From an uncultured Aureispira sp. (GTDB lineage Bacteria > Bacteroidota > Bacteroidia > Chitinophagales > Saprospiraceae): a stretch of 64,000 nucleotides of DNA. A program made the translations under genes and the position numbers. Shown here piece by piece: positions 40,091 to 51,465 of the stretch; within the stretch, counting starts at the first letter, position 1, and each line of letters begins with the position of its first letter. The notes beneath the pieces were generated by a model. It worked only from the letters and a program-made list of their open reading frames with translations, made no database searches and had not been told where the DNA came from. The stretch is from the NCBI GenBank assembly GCA_964526715.1, contig CAZGMB010000024.1, positions 6,324 through 70,323 of the forward strand, in the 5' to 3' direction.

Positions 40091-40614
40091 GTGGTAGATT
40101 TAAAGGGAGAAAATTTATACCACCTGCCAAAAACTGGCCTACTCGACCCACTACTGATTTTTCAAAAGAAGGACTGTTCAATATTCTAAATAACAGAATC
40201 GATTTTGAATCTACGGTGATGTTGGATTTATTTGGTGGCACAGGAAATCATAGTTATGAATTTATATCGAGAGGATGTACTGATGTGACCTACGTGGATA
40301 AATTTCCTGGTTGTATTGCCTTTGTTACCAAAACTGCACAGGAATTAGATATACAAGATCAGATAAAAATTGTGAAGTCTGATGTCTTTAAGTTTTTACA
40401 GCATAATGTAAGACAATACGATTATATATTTGCAGGTCCTCCCTACCCTTTGCCCAATCTAAATGCCATACCTGATGAAATATTCAAATACAACACATTA
40501 GCAGATGATGGCCTGTTTGTTTTGGAACACAACCCAAACCATAATTTTAAAAACCATGTTAGATACCTAGAAGAACGGAACTATGGTACTACAATTTTTA
40601 GTTTTTTTAGGTAG
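40078..40614 (+). CDS. rsmD: 16S rRNA (guanine966-N2)-methyltransferase
   Basis: MRIIGGRFKGRKF, TRPTTD, DLFGGTG and FAGPPY motifs. 13-nt overlap with the upstream gene. Confidence 0.85.
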   Translation: MRIIGGRFKGRKFIPPAKNWPTRPTTDFSKEGLFNILNNRIDFESTVMLDLFGGTGNHSYEFISRGCTDVTYVDKFPGCIAFVTKTAQELDIQDQIKIVKSDVFKFLQHNVRQYDYIFAGPPYPLPNLNAIPDEIFKYNTLADDGLFVLEHNPNHNFKNHVRYLEERNYGTTIFSFFR

Positions 40615-40618
40615 ATAT

Positions 40619-41362
40619 TTAAATACCCCTAACTTTATATTGATGATTGGGGTCGTCTACTTTAATAATTTTATCATTTAGATAGTCGGATTCTACCAAT
40701 CCATCTCTCAGCCTTACTATTCTATGTGCATGATCAGCGATATCTGGCTCGTGAGTTACCAAGATTACGGTATTACCAGCATTGTGGATTTTTTCGAAGA
40801 TGCCCATGATTTCCACTGATGTTTTGGTATCCAAGTTACCTGTAGGCTCGTCAGCAAGGATGATTGCAGGGTTATTGACCAAGGCACGAGCTATGGCCAC
40901 TCTTTGGCGTTGACCACCCGAGAGTTCATTGGGTTTATGTTCCATTCTGTCTGAAAGGCCCACCTTATGGAGTGCCTCGGCTGCCTTTTCACTTCTTATT
41001 TTTTTAGAATCACCTGCATATACCAAAGGTAAGGCTACATTGTCCAAAGCAGAAAGTCTAGGAAGCAGATTGAAAGTTTGGAATACGAACCCTATTTGTT
41101 TATTTCTAACTTCAGCAAGGTCTCCATCGGACATCATAGAGACATCTATGCCGTTCAGAATATAAGATCCCGCACTCGGACTATCCAAGCAGCCCAAGAT
41201 ATTCATAAGCGTTGACTTCCCTGACCCTGACGGCCCCATAAGTGCCACATATTCATTTTTATGAATGTCTAAGGTGACCGATTTTAGAGCCTGTATGATT
41301 TCGTCTCCCATCTTGTACATTCTGGAGATTTTGTCTAAGGAAATAATTTTTTGATTAGCCAT
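40619..41362 (-). CDS. ABC transporter ATP-binding protein (MacB/LolD-type ATPase), with no adjacent permease gene
   Basis: Walker [10 protein letters not shown], signature LSGGQRQR, Walker [12 protein letters not shown]. Confidence 0.9.
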   Translation of the reverse strand: MANQKIISLDKISRMYKMGDEIIQALKSVTLDIHKNEYVALMGPSGSGKSTLMNILGCLDSPSAGSYILNGIDVSMMSDGDLAEVRNKQIGFVFQTFNLLPRLSALDNVALPLVYAGDSKKIRSEKAAEALHKVGLSDRMEHKPNELSGGQRQRVAIARALVNNPAIILADEPTGNLDTKTSVEIMGIFEKIHNAGNTVILVTHEPDIADHAHRIVRLRDGLVESDYLNDKIIKVDDPNHQYKVRGI

Positions 41363-41451
41363 AATATGCTTATTGAAAATTTGACCGCTAAGATAACAGC
41401 AATTTTCTATTTGATGGCAATTTATAGACCATAAGCATAAATCTATCGCCC

Positions 41452-41990
41452 AAAGTAGTTAGGAAGAAGGTTAAGGTGGAATTGTTGAGTTGGTGGAGAT
41501 GGTGGAGTTGTTGAGTTGGTGAAGATGGTGGAGATGGTTGAGATGGTGAGGTTAAGGTTAAGATTAAGATTGAGATTGATGGAGTTGTTGAGATGGTGGA
41601 GATGGTGGAGTTGGTGGAGATGGTGGAGATGGTGGAGATGGTTGAGATGGTGAAGATGGTGAGGTTAAGATTGAGAAGGATTGTGTTGTTGAATTGTTGA
41701 GATGGTGGAGATGGTTTATTTGGTTGAGTTGGTGGAGATGGTTGAGTTGGTGGAGATGGTTGAGTTGGTGGAGATGGTTGAGTTGTTGAGTTGTTGAATT
41801 GGTTGAGTCGTTGAATTGTTGAATTGGTTGAGATGATGGAGATGGTTTATTTGGTGGAGTTGGTTTAGATGGTGGAGATGGTGATTGAGCGGAGTCGAAA
41901 TCACATTAAAGTTGAGATTAAGGTTGAGATTAAGGTTAAGGTTTAGATGGTGGAGATGGTTTAGTTGTTTAGTTGGTGGAGTTGGTTACA
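41452..41990. repeat. Degenerate 9-nt tandem-repeat array (GGTGGAGAT / GGTTGAGTT / GGTGAAGAT), almost cytosine-free on the plus strand
   Basis: No C at all in 41452-41808 (357 nt), and a single C (41809) up to 41889. Three perfect tandem copies of the 18-mer GGTTGAGTTGGTGGAGAT lie at 41722-41775. Blocks are punctuated by GAGGTTAAGGTTAAGATTAAGATTGAGATT-like segments at 41548-41578, 41661-41680 and 41908-41946. Confidence 0.9.
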
Positions 41991-42060
41991 TTATTCAAAT
42001 TATTTTACAGCTTTACAAATCACACCGCTTTACGATGGTAGCCTTAGATACTCCACTTGA

Positions 42061-43728
<1,668 letters not shown>

Positions 43729-43784
43729 TATAGGATTATCAAAGTAATTTTTAATTTTACCCATAGATTGTAAAAAGGATAATC

Positions 43785-44561
43785 ATGACCGTAAAAACAA
43801 TGGCCGAAGTTTCTGCATCAGGCATAGAAGTAGAAATTCTTTTTTGGGTAGGATGTGCAGGCAGTTTTGATGCCAGGGCTCAGCGAGTTACCAAAGCTTT
43901 TGTACAGTTGTTGGAAAAAGCAGGTGTTTCTTATGCTATATTGGGTAATGAAGAGATGTGTACCGGTGATCCAGCAAGACGCGCAGGTAATGAGTTTATT
44001 TTCCAAATGTTAGCCTTACAAAACATCAATACACTTAATATGTACGGTGTTAAAAAAATAGTAACGGCTTGCCCACACTGTTTTAATACCCTTAAAAATG
44101 AATACCCTGCTCTTGGAGGAAGTTATGATGTGGTACACCACACACAGTTTTTGCAAGGACTGTTAAATGAAGGCAAACTCAAAGTGGAAGGTGGTACGTT
44201 CAAAGGTAAAAAAATCACCTACCATGACTCTTGTTATCTGGGACGTGTCAATGGAGAGTATGAAGCACCTAGACAATTACTTACTGAATTGGAAGCAGAT
44301 TTGGTAGAAATGAAGAGATGTAAAACCACAGGACTGTGTTGTGGTGCCGGTGGTGCTCAAATGTTTAAAGAAGACGAACCTGGTGACAAACGTATCAATA
44401 TAGAAAGAGCTGAAGAAGCACTTAGTACTAATGCAACTATTGTAGCGGCTAACTGTCCTTTTTGCATTACCATGATTACTGACGGTATGAAAGCCAAAGA
44501 CAAACAAGATGATGTTATGGTGATGGATATATCAGAGCTGATTTTGCAGAGTATGAAATGA
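43785..44561 (+). CDS. (Fe-S)-binding protein with two cysteine-rich CCG domains (HdrD/GlcF/LutA-like)
   Basis: WVGCAGSFD...ACPHCFNTL and HDSCYLGR...GLCCGAGG...ANCPFCITM motifs. Confidence 0.75.
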   Translation: MTVKTMAEVSASGIEVEILFWVGCAGSFDARAQRVTKAFVQLLEKAGVSYAILGNEEMCTGDPARRAGNEFIFQMLALQNINTLNMYGVKKIVTACPHCFNTLKNEYPALGGSYDVVHHTQFLQGLLNEGKLKVEGGTFKGKKITYHDSCYLGRVNGEYEAPRQLLTELEADLVEMKRCKTTGLCCGAGGAQMFKEDEPGDKRINIERAEEALSTNATIVAANCPFCITMITDGMKAKDKQDDVMVMDISELILQSMK

Positions 44562-44619
44562 TAATATAATCACCCAACGAAATGCTTGTACAAAATGATG
44601 AAAATTAATCATCTATTAC

Positions 44620-45300
44620 ATGGATCCAAAAACAATAAATATATCTCCCGCTTGGAAACAGGCTCTTTCCACAGCATTTGAATCTTCATATTTTGATATG
44701 CTTCGTGCAAGCCTAAAGCAAATGAAAGCTGAAGGTAAAACAATCTATCCCCCAGGAAATCTAATCTTTAATGCATATGACCAAGTGACACCAGAATCAG
44801 TAAAGGTTGTCATCCTCGGTCAGGATCCTTATCATAATCCAGGCGAAGCCATGGGACTTAGCTTTTCAGTACCCAAAGGTGTGAAAGTACCACCTTCTCT
44901 CAAAAATATATATAAGGAACTATCTAGTGACTTAAAATTAAGTATACCTGATCATGGTGATCTCACGGACTGGGCAAAGCAAGGTGTCTTTATGCTCAAC
45001 GCCTTTCTTACAGTAGAACATAATAATGCTGCTTCTCATCGAAATATTGGCTGGCACCATTTTACAGATGCCACCATTCAATATTTATCTGATCATTTTG
45101 AGAATATAGTCTTCATGTTGTGGGGCAATTTTGCTAAAAATAAAAAAACGTTCATTGATGGGTCTAAACATCTTATTTTGGAGGCAGCTCACCCATCTCC
45201 CTTAGCTGGAAATGCTTTTCAAGGATGTAAACATTTTTCTAAGGCAAACGAATATCTTATTCAAAATGGTAAAAGTCCCATCAATTGGCAAATATTATAA
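44620..45300 (+). CDS. ung: Uracil-DNA glycosylase (family 1)
   Basis: VVILGQDPYH, GVFMLNAFLTV and AHPSPL motifs. Confidence 0.92.
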   Translation: MDPKTINISPAWKQALSTAFESSYFDMLRASLKQMKAEGKTIYPPGNLIFNAYDQVTPESVKVVILGQDPYHNPGEAMGLSFSVPKGVKVPPSLKNIYKELSSDLKLSIPDHGDLTDWAKQGVFMLNAFLTVEHNNAASHRNIGWHHFTDATIQYLSDHFENIVFMLWGNFAKNKKTFIDGSKHLILEAAHPSPLAGNAFQGCKHFSKANEYLIQNGKSPINWQIL

Positions 45301-45369
45301 ACGGTATTCATATTGATCTATGAACAAATCACATGAATACCATTTTTCCGAATGTAACCCTAAATAAAA

Positions 45370-45738
45370 ATGAATATAATGTTAAAAATAGTGGCCGTAC
45401 TTGGAGCTTTAGCGGTAGGTATTGGGGCCTTTGGGGCACATGGATTAAAGCCAATGCTCAGCACTGTTCAAATAGAAACCTTCAAGACCGCTTCATTTTA
45501 TCATTTTGTACATGTCATACCCATGTTATTGATTGCACTAAAGTATAGTGAGCATAAAATCTTAAAACAGTGCTTTTACTTATTCCTTATTGGAATATTA
45601 TGCTTTTCTGGTTCGCTGTATATCATCAGTACAAAACACCTTATTGCTGGAGATATTTGGAATTTCGTTGGCCCCATCACACCCGTCGGAGGTTTATTTT
45701 TCATTTTAGGCTGGCTTAACTTCCTGAGGGTGCGGTAG
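45370..45738 (+). CDS. DUF423 (YgdD-like) small membrane protein
   Basis: GAFGAHGLK motif and four TM segments. 122 aa. Confidence 0.75.
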   Translation: MNIMLKIVAVLGALAVGIGAFGAHGLKPMLSTVQIETFKTASFYHFVHVIPMLLIALKYSEHKILKQCFYLFLIGILCFSGSLYIISTKHLIAGDIWNFVGPITPVGGLFFILGWLNFLRVR

Positions 45739-47017
45739 AGTTGCCCTTGTTGGAGTTGCCTCCCGGCTTTTTCTTTTTGAAAAACTTCTTTTTGGGTTGA
45801 GCTTCAGCATTTTTATTGGAAGACGTGGAACTCATTCTTGGATTTCTAAAACCACCAAATTTTGGACGCTCAGTTTTCCATTCAGGACTGATACCTATAG
45901 ATTCGGGAATATTCAATTTTAATATTTCATTACCAATAAGTTTTTCTATAGCGACCAGCTTGTACATTTCCTCTTGATTGACTAAAGTGATCGCCACACC
46001 ATCAGTATCAGCCCTTCCCGTACGACCTATCCGGTGTACATAATCTTCTCCATCTCCAGGTACATTGTAATTGACTACCAAGTCAATGCCTTTGATATCA
46101 ATTCCTCTGGCCAATACATCGGTAGCTACGATAACTCGAGTCTTTTTTGACCTAAATCTATTGAGTACTTCTTCGCGCTGCTGTTGTTCTAGGTCAGAAG
46201 AAATACCTTCTACAGTATACCCTTGTCCAGATAATCCTTTGATGATATCATTTACTGACCTTTTGGTAGAGGAGAAGACAATAATACTCTCATAATTGGG
46301 TTTATCTTTGATAAGTTCGTTGATCAGTTGTGCTTTATGACCATCATTTACCAAATAAGCAGATTGTAGTATTCTAGCTGATGGCTTAGAAATAGCTATG
46401 GTAACTTCATATGGGTTTATAAGATTTTGCTTAGCAAGTTCTCTCATTTTGGGAGGCATTGTGGCACTGAACATCAATGTTTGTCTTTGCTTTGGAAGTG
46501 CCGCTAGTATTTTTTTGATGTCATCATAAAACCCCATGTCCAGCATTCTATCTGCCTCGTCCAAGATCAAGTATTTAAGTTTATTAAAATTTACATTTCC
46601 CATATTGATGTGACTGATCAGCTTTCCGGGAGTAGCAATGATAATATCTGCACTATTGAGCGCTTTTTTTTGAACTTCCCACTCATTTCCAGATCCACCA
46701 CCGTATATCGCTATTGAAGATACAGGAACAAAGTAAGCAAATCCTTGTATTTGTTGATCAATCTGAACTGCCAACTCTCTAGTAGGAACAATAACTAAAG
46801 TACTAGTACCTTCATGTTGATTTGTTGCCATATTATGGAGGAGTGGCAACATAAATGCGGCTGTCTTACCCGTACCTGTTTGCGCACAGGCAATGAGATC
46901 TCTTCCTTTAAGTATCTCGGGTATGGAAAGTTCCTGTATCGGAGTAGCTTGATCAAAACCCATATACGATATGGCTTCTAAAATTCTTTCGTCCAACCCT
47001 ATTTCACTAAATGTCAT
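45716..47017 (-). CDS. DEAD-box ATP-dependent RNA helicase with a basic C-terminal tail
   Basis: Q-motif TPIQ, then AQTGTGKT, DEAD, SAT, ARGID and HRIGRTGR. The 3' end overlaps the convergent DUF423 gene by 23 nt. Confidence 0.92.
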   Translation of the reverse strand: MTFSEIGLDERILEAISYMGFDQATPIQELSIPEILKGRDLIACAQTGTGKTAAFMLPLLHNMATNQHEGTSTLVIVPTRELAVQIDQQIQGFAYFVPVSSIAIYGGGSGNEWEVQKKALNSADIIIATPGKLISHINMGNVNFNKLKYLILDEADRMLDMGFYDDIKKILAALPKQRQTLMFSATMPPKMRELAKQNLINPYEVTIAISKPSARILQSAYLVNDGHKAQLINELIKDKPNYESIIVFSSTKRSVNDIIKGLSGQGYTVEGISSDLEQQQREEVLNRFRSKKTRVIVATDVLARGIDIKGIDLVVNYNVPGDGEDYVHRIGRTGRADTDGVAITLVNQEEMYKLVAIEKLIGNEILKLNIPESIGISPEWKTERPKFGGFRNPRMSSTSSNKNAEAQPKKKFFKKKKPGGNSNKGNSTAPSGS

Positions 47018-47145
47018 AATAATTATTTATTTACCTTTTGCACCGTTAAAGTAATGATTCTAAAAACATAACTTAAAAAATGTAAAATCGTTCAATTGTA
47101 TTAAAAAAATGCAAATATAAAAAATATTGTCAATAAAGCACATGA

Positions 47146-48831
47146 ATGATTAGTCAATACCAGAAAGTTATAATAAATTTGCATTTTAAAGTAATTAATT
47201 TGGCTGTAGATTTAAAAAATATTGAGTCGTTGTACAACGAAGAACTGGTAATGGCGGGTGAACTACTCTTTGAGTCAAAAAAAGTTATTGATCTTATCAC
47301 TTCCGAACATGGGTTACATTTTGCAAAAATCAAAGATGGCAAAACTTATGAAGTAGAGATCTTACATCCTTTTGCAAAAAGACAAAAAGTAAGTTGTGAG
47401 TGTTCTTTCTTCTTGCAAAGCGGCATTTGTAAACATATTGTAGCGACTTTGTTTTCTATACGCAACCAAAGCAAGATCAAACAACTTAGTAAAACGAATG
47501 TAGCTCATAAGGCAAAGCCCAGTAAATTGGTGGTTTCTCATATCCTGGAAGAGATTAATGCCTCTGATCTGAAACAATTTGTAAAGTCGTATGCCAGAAA
47601 TGATAAAAAATTCGAAACTCAACTAAAAGTGGCTTTTGCCCGAAAAATTGATCTTGCTGACAATCAGGAAAAATATAAAAATATACTGAATGCCATTGTA
47701 AGGCCTGTGACAGGTGCTCAGTTGCAGGTGAGCGCCGCAGACGTAAGAGTATTAGGGCAAGTATTAGATGAGTTTGCAGATCAAATCGAAGATAGTTTGG
47801 CTCTCTTTCAATATAGAGAAGCGTTGGACATCTATATCGTATCATTTAGCAAGCTGGAATATGTAAGGAGTAAGTATAAAAACCAAAGTGACTTATACGC
47901 AACGTTGAGTTTTCGGTACCATAAAATTCTAAGTCAATTCCTAAATCAGAAATTACCTTTTCAGGTTAAGCAAGATTTATTGGTCTTTTTAAAAGAATTT
48001 TATCAGAGGTCATATTATATTTTTGATGCTTTTGCACACAATGTGGTTTATCAATTAGCCAGCCAAAGCAATAAAGATGAAAAAGCGGTTATCAATACTT
48101 TTCTCATAACACTTTTGGCTTCTAAACAAGGGGCTGAACTATCCATTTTACTTGCGCTTTTGATTAAAATTCAAAATAACGTCAATAATGAATTGAAACC
48201 ATTGATAAAAAAATATCAAAACAGTTTCATGGATGTTGTGGATATTTTAATCGAAAACCAGGAAAACATCTTAGCTATAAAATTATTGCAAAGTTGGGAA
48301 GGACAAAAAAGTAAAGAATATTATGCAAAATTGACTTCTCTATTTGCAAAAACTAATGATAATAACGCACTAACAAAAGCGGTTGAAAGTGGTTTTATGG
48401 CTTTTGGTGAAGTTTCGTTTTTGGACATGCTCAAAAAACAAATATCTGACGAAGATTATCAAAAATTTGTATCTAAACTTGAATCCAAACTTTTATCTTT
48501 AAATCTGGGTCAAAGCTTATTGAATTTATATCAAAAAGAACAAAATTGGGCTGGGCTTATTATTTATTTAGAAAAAAATCCCAATATTGATGATATCCGT
48601 AAGTATGATGTCTTCATCAATGGCTTTGAGCCCAAAATGCTCGCTGAACTATATAAGTTAAGTCTCAAGAAGTATCTCGACGCACATTTAGGAGATCAGG
48701 CATCCATTTATTTGCAAGATTTAAAACACCATTTGCAAAAGGTCAAACTTGATAAAGTATCTCAAAAAATGGGTTTACTTTTAAAAGAAGATTATCAACA
48801 CAGACCAAAACTGCACGGCATCTTTGACTAA
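47146..48831 (+). CDS. SWIM zinc-finger domain protein with a long helical-repeat C-terminal region
   Basis: CECSFFLQSGICKHIVA fits the SWIM pattern CxCx(n)CxH. The start is uncertain; a TTG at 47200 is an alternative. Confidence 0.65.
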   Translation: MISQYQKVIINLHFKVINLAVDLKNIESLYNEELVMAGELLFESKKVIDLITSEHGLHFAKIKDGKTYEVEILHPFAKRQKVSCECSFFLQSGICKHIVATLFSIRNQSKIKQLSKTNVAHKAKPSKLVVSHILEEINASDLKQFVKSYARNDKKFETQLKVAFARKIDLADNQEKYKNILNAIVRPVTGAQLQVSAADVRVLGQVLDEFADQIEDSLALFQYREALDIYIVSFSKLEYVRSKYKNQSDLYATLSFRYHKILSQFLNQKLPFQVKQDLLVFLKEFYQRSYYIFDAFAHNVVYQLASQSNKDEKAVINTFLITLLASKQGAELSILLALLIKIQNNVNNELKPLIKKYQNSFMDVVDILIENQENILAIKLLQSWEGQKSKEYYAKLTSLFAKTNDNNALTKAVESGFMAFGEVSFLDMLKKQISDEDYQKFVSKLESKLLSLNLGQSLLNLYQKEQNWAGLIIYLEKNPNIDDIRKYDVFINGFEPKMLAELYKLSLKKYLDAHLGDQASIYLQDLKHHLQKVKLDKVSQKMGLLLKEDYQHRPKLHGIFD

Positions 48832-48838
48832 TTATGGA

Positions 48839-51295
48839 TTAAAATCCGAAATGAACACCTAGCATAAAGTTCCTTCCTGCCTGTGGGTAAAGAAAATTTT
48901 CTGTGATTTCACTTCCAAATACGTAAGAATAACTATATCCATTGGTGGAATAAAGTTGGTTCCAAATATTATTGATCATAAGATTACATTCCATGTGCTT
49001 CCAAAATTTAGATTTGAATTGTTTAGCAACTCTAAGGTTTTGAAAACTATAAGCGGGCAAAGATCTATGGGTATTGGATGTATTGTCGAGGTACTGTTGA
49101 CTCACATACTTCGCAGACCATTCTATTTGCAATGATTTGACAGGTGTAAACATGAGCTGAAAGGCCGCTGTCAAAGAAGGGGAAAATGAGATATCCGTGT
49201 TTTGGTGTGGTATTTTTATGATTTCAAAACCGTCGGTGTAGTCAGCTAAGATTTCGTCGAAAGCTTCGATCTTATTTATACTCCATGTAGCCGTCACATT
49301 GGTGGCCCATTTTTCCGACCATTGTTTTACTATATTATTTTCCCATCCTAATCTATAGCTCTTTGGCACATTAATGCGGATATTGGCTCCTACATCATTG
49401 AGCTCACCGGTAAGTACTAATTGATTATTATAATCCATATAATAAATATTCGATTCTAAAACTAAACTATTCCATTGGCCTTGATATCCCAACTCCCAAT
49501 TATATAATATCTCGGGAGATGGCAATATTCCAAATGCATTATCTATAAAATCTCCACGGGAAGGCTCCTTACTTGCCTTGGCAAAAGAAAAGTAAATATT
49601 CTTTCCTGATGCGAGATCATAGTTTAAACCAAATTTAGGATTAAGAAATAAAAAATCATCTTTCACATCTATACTCCGCAAGTCATTGTCAATACCTGCG
49701 ACTTCGTAATTTACTTTCCTAACTTGTACATCCCCATATAATGTAAGTTTATCTGCTACCTTATAAATAGAGCGAAAATAAGACGATAGGTCGGATTTCC
49801 TTCCTGTATTGTCATAATATCGTTTTTCTCTATCTAGATTTTTCATTCCAACAGATGAGCTAATTACATTTCCAAAATGATCTCCCAAATATACATTGGC
49901 TGCCAATCCAGCGTGGAATGTTAGATTTTTATTCCATTGCTTTTGGGCATCCACTATCAATCCCATGAGATCGTTATCGAGCCACCTTCTCCTGACTATA
50001 TCTGATCGCGAAAGTATAGAACCATCTGATTGTACCTCAGGTTCGATATTATAATCAGACCATTTGGCATCGTGTCTAAATTCTTCAAAATAGCCTCTTC
50101 CCTTAGTATAAAACAGTGTGGTTTTGGTCTTCCATGTCGCATTGGGTGCATAATCATAAAGTAGTTGGTAATGCGTTTGTCTGTAATTGTCTACTTGATT
50201 GGGATAAGTATAATAATTATATCTTCGGTCAGACGAAAACAAATTAACAGAATCTTCTTGTGTTTTATAAATAGAACCCAAATTATTAAGGTAATGATTT
50301 TGAAGCGCTTGTATATCTCCAGATACTTTAGCTTCTGGCGCGCCATACCAAGATTGATAAGTGATCTCTTTGCCATGGATCACATTGAACCTAAGGGACG
50401 AACGCTCAGAAATTTTTGCTGCTGAAAAGTACATACTGTTGAGATCAGAAGATGCCCGATCGATATATCCATCAGATTTAATAATGCTATACCTTCCTTC
50501 TACCAAATATTTATTATTCATCAAACCAGAGCCTAATTTTAGGCTTACTTTTCTGGTATTAAATGAACCCAAAGTACTGGCAATATCCAAAAATGGATTG
50601 ACTCTGACTTCAGATGTATTCATACTCACCGTACCACCAAAAGCTCCCGAACCATTGGTAGAAGGGCCAACACCTCTTTGAATCTGTAAGTTTGAAACGG
50701 AAGTCATCAAATCTGGCATATTTACCCAAAATACATTTTGAGACTCTGCATCATTTATGGGTACTCCATTTAAAGTGACATTGATTCGCGTTTGATCTGA
50801 TCCCCTTAACCTTAGCCCGGTGTACCCAATACCTGCACCTGCATCAGATGTGACTACCATGGATGGTGTCCACTGGAGCAAAAATGGTGCATCTTGTCCA
50901 AGATTTTCTTTGTTTAAGGTTTTGGAATCCAGGTTTTGTTTGGTAAAAGGATGATCTTGTGCTACCCTATTAGCTAGAATCTCTACCGTGTTTAAGTTAA
51001 AAATGGTTCCCGGTAAAACGATATCTTTTTTTAGGTCAGTATTTATCTGAATGTCTTGTTGGAAGGACTGATAGCCCACAAAGGTAATTTTAAGGCTATA
51101 GGTACCGGGCTTAATATTAGTAATGGCAAAACTCCCTTTCTTGTCAGTGGAAGCTGCATATGTAGTGTTTTCAAAAAAAACGGTTGCAAACTCCAGTAAT
51201 TCTCCTTTTTCGTTGGATACCGTCCCAGTCAAAGAAAACTGGCCAAAAACATTTAGAGTAAAAAACAGAAACAAAGTAAAAATGAAAATTCTCAT
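48839..51295 (-). CDS. TonB-dependent receptor (CarboxypepD_reg, plug and barrel domains), predicted thiamine or thiamine-precursor uptake
   Basis: Signal peptide, then TGTVSNEKGELLEFATVFF...GSFAITNIKPGTYSLKITFVGYQS (CarboxypepD_reg), a plug region and a C-terminal barrel ending in F. A TPP riboswitch lies immediately upstream. Confidence 0.88.
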   Translation of the reverse strand: MRIFIFTLFLFFTLNVFGQFSLTGTVSNEKGELLEFATVFFENTTYAASTDKKGSFAITNIKPGTYSLKITFVGYQSFQQDIQINTDLKKDIVLPGTIFNLNTVEILANRVAQDHPFTKQNLDSKTLNKENLGQDAPFLLQWTPSMVVTSDAGAGIGYTGLRLRGSDQTRINVTLNGVPINDAESQNVFWVNMPDLMTSVSNLQIQRGVGPSTNGSGAFGGTVSMNTSEVRVNPFLDIASTLGSFNTRKVSLKLGSGLMNNKYLVEGRYSIIKSDGYIDRASSDLNSMYFSAAKISERSSLRFNVIHGKEITYQSWYGAPEAKVSGDIQALQNHYLNNLGSIYKTQEDSVNLFSSDRRYNYYTYPNQVDNYRQTHYQLLYDYAPNATWKTKTTLFYTKGRGYFEEFRHDAKWSDYNIEPEVQSDGSILSRSDIVRRRWLDNDLMGLIVDAQKQWNKNLTFHAGLAANVYLGDHFGNVISSSVGMKNLDREKRYYDNTGRKSDLSSYFRSIYKVADKLTLYGDVQVRKVNYEVAGIDNDLRSIDVKDDFLFLNPKFGLNYDLASGKNIYFSFAKASKEPSRGDFIDNAFGILPSPEILYNWELGYQGQWNSLVLESNIYYMDYNNQLVLTGELNDVGANIRINVPKSYRLGWENNIVKQWSEKWATNVTATWSINKIEAFDEILADYTDGFEIIKIPHQNTDISFSPSLTAAFQLMFTPVKSLQIEWSAKYVSQQYLDNTSNTHRSLPAYSFQNLRVAKQFKSKFWKHMECNLMINNIWNQLYSTNGYSYSYVFGSEITENFLYPQAGRNFMLGVHFGF

Positions 51296-51365
51296 AATGA
51301 TATTTTTAATAAAAATTTAAAATATCCTTATGAGGTGTGCATCAATGACTACAAGGTGGAGTCTG

Positions 51366-51456
51366 TCTAAAAATCCCTTCTCAGCATTACCTGAGCAGGT
51401 TCGATGGGTATGATCTCAGCAAGAGTAGTCCACTCAAGCACCCCAAATAAGGAAGT
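51366..51456 (-). promoter_or_regulatory. TPP (thiamine pyrophosphate, THI-box) riboswitch
   Basis: The minus strand reads uuGGGGUGCuugaguggacuacucuuGCUGAGAucauACCCaucGAACCUGcUCAGGUAAUGCUGAGaAGGGAuuu. This contains the conserved GGGGUGC, CUGAGA, ACCC, GAACCUG, UAAUGC and AGGGA blocks in order. It sits 70-160 nt upstream of the receptor ATG at 51295. Confidence 0.85.
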
Positions 51457-51457
51457 G

Positions 51458-51465
51458 CAAAGGTA
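51458..51465 (-). promoter_or_regulatory. Candidate -7 promoter box (TACCTTTG on the minus strand) driving the riboswitch and receptor transcript
   Basis: Plus-strand CAAAGGTA is the reverse complement of a TAnnTTTG match. It lies about 14 nt upstream of the GGGGUGC block. No clear -33 element. Confidence 0.35.

Noticed and set aside
41452-41889. Canonical G-quadruplex-forming sequence
   Set aside because: G-runs are only two long (GG), with no GGG tracts. At most, weak two-tetrad structures could form, so I do not claim a G4 element.
41452-41990. CRISPR array, or a coding low-complexity protein (ORFs 41716-41904 minus strand, His/Asn/Thr-rich; 41885-42247 plus strand)
   Set aside because: The 9-nt units have no spacers. 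Reading frames are broken repeatedly, and the two listed ORFs are simply translations of the repeat. The plus-strand ORF also runs into the real ABC-F gene out of frame.
45333-45548. 71-aa plus-strand ORF overlapping the DUF423 gene in another frame
   Set aside because: The 45370-45738 frame carries the GAFGAHGL DUF423 signature and four TM helices. The alternative frame has no features.
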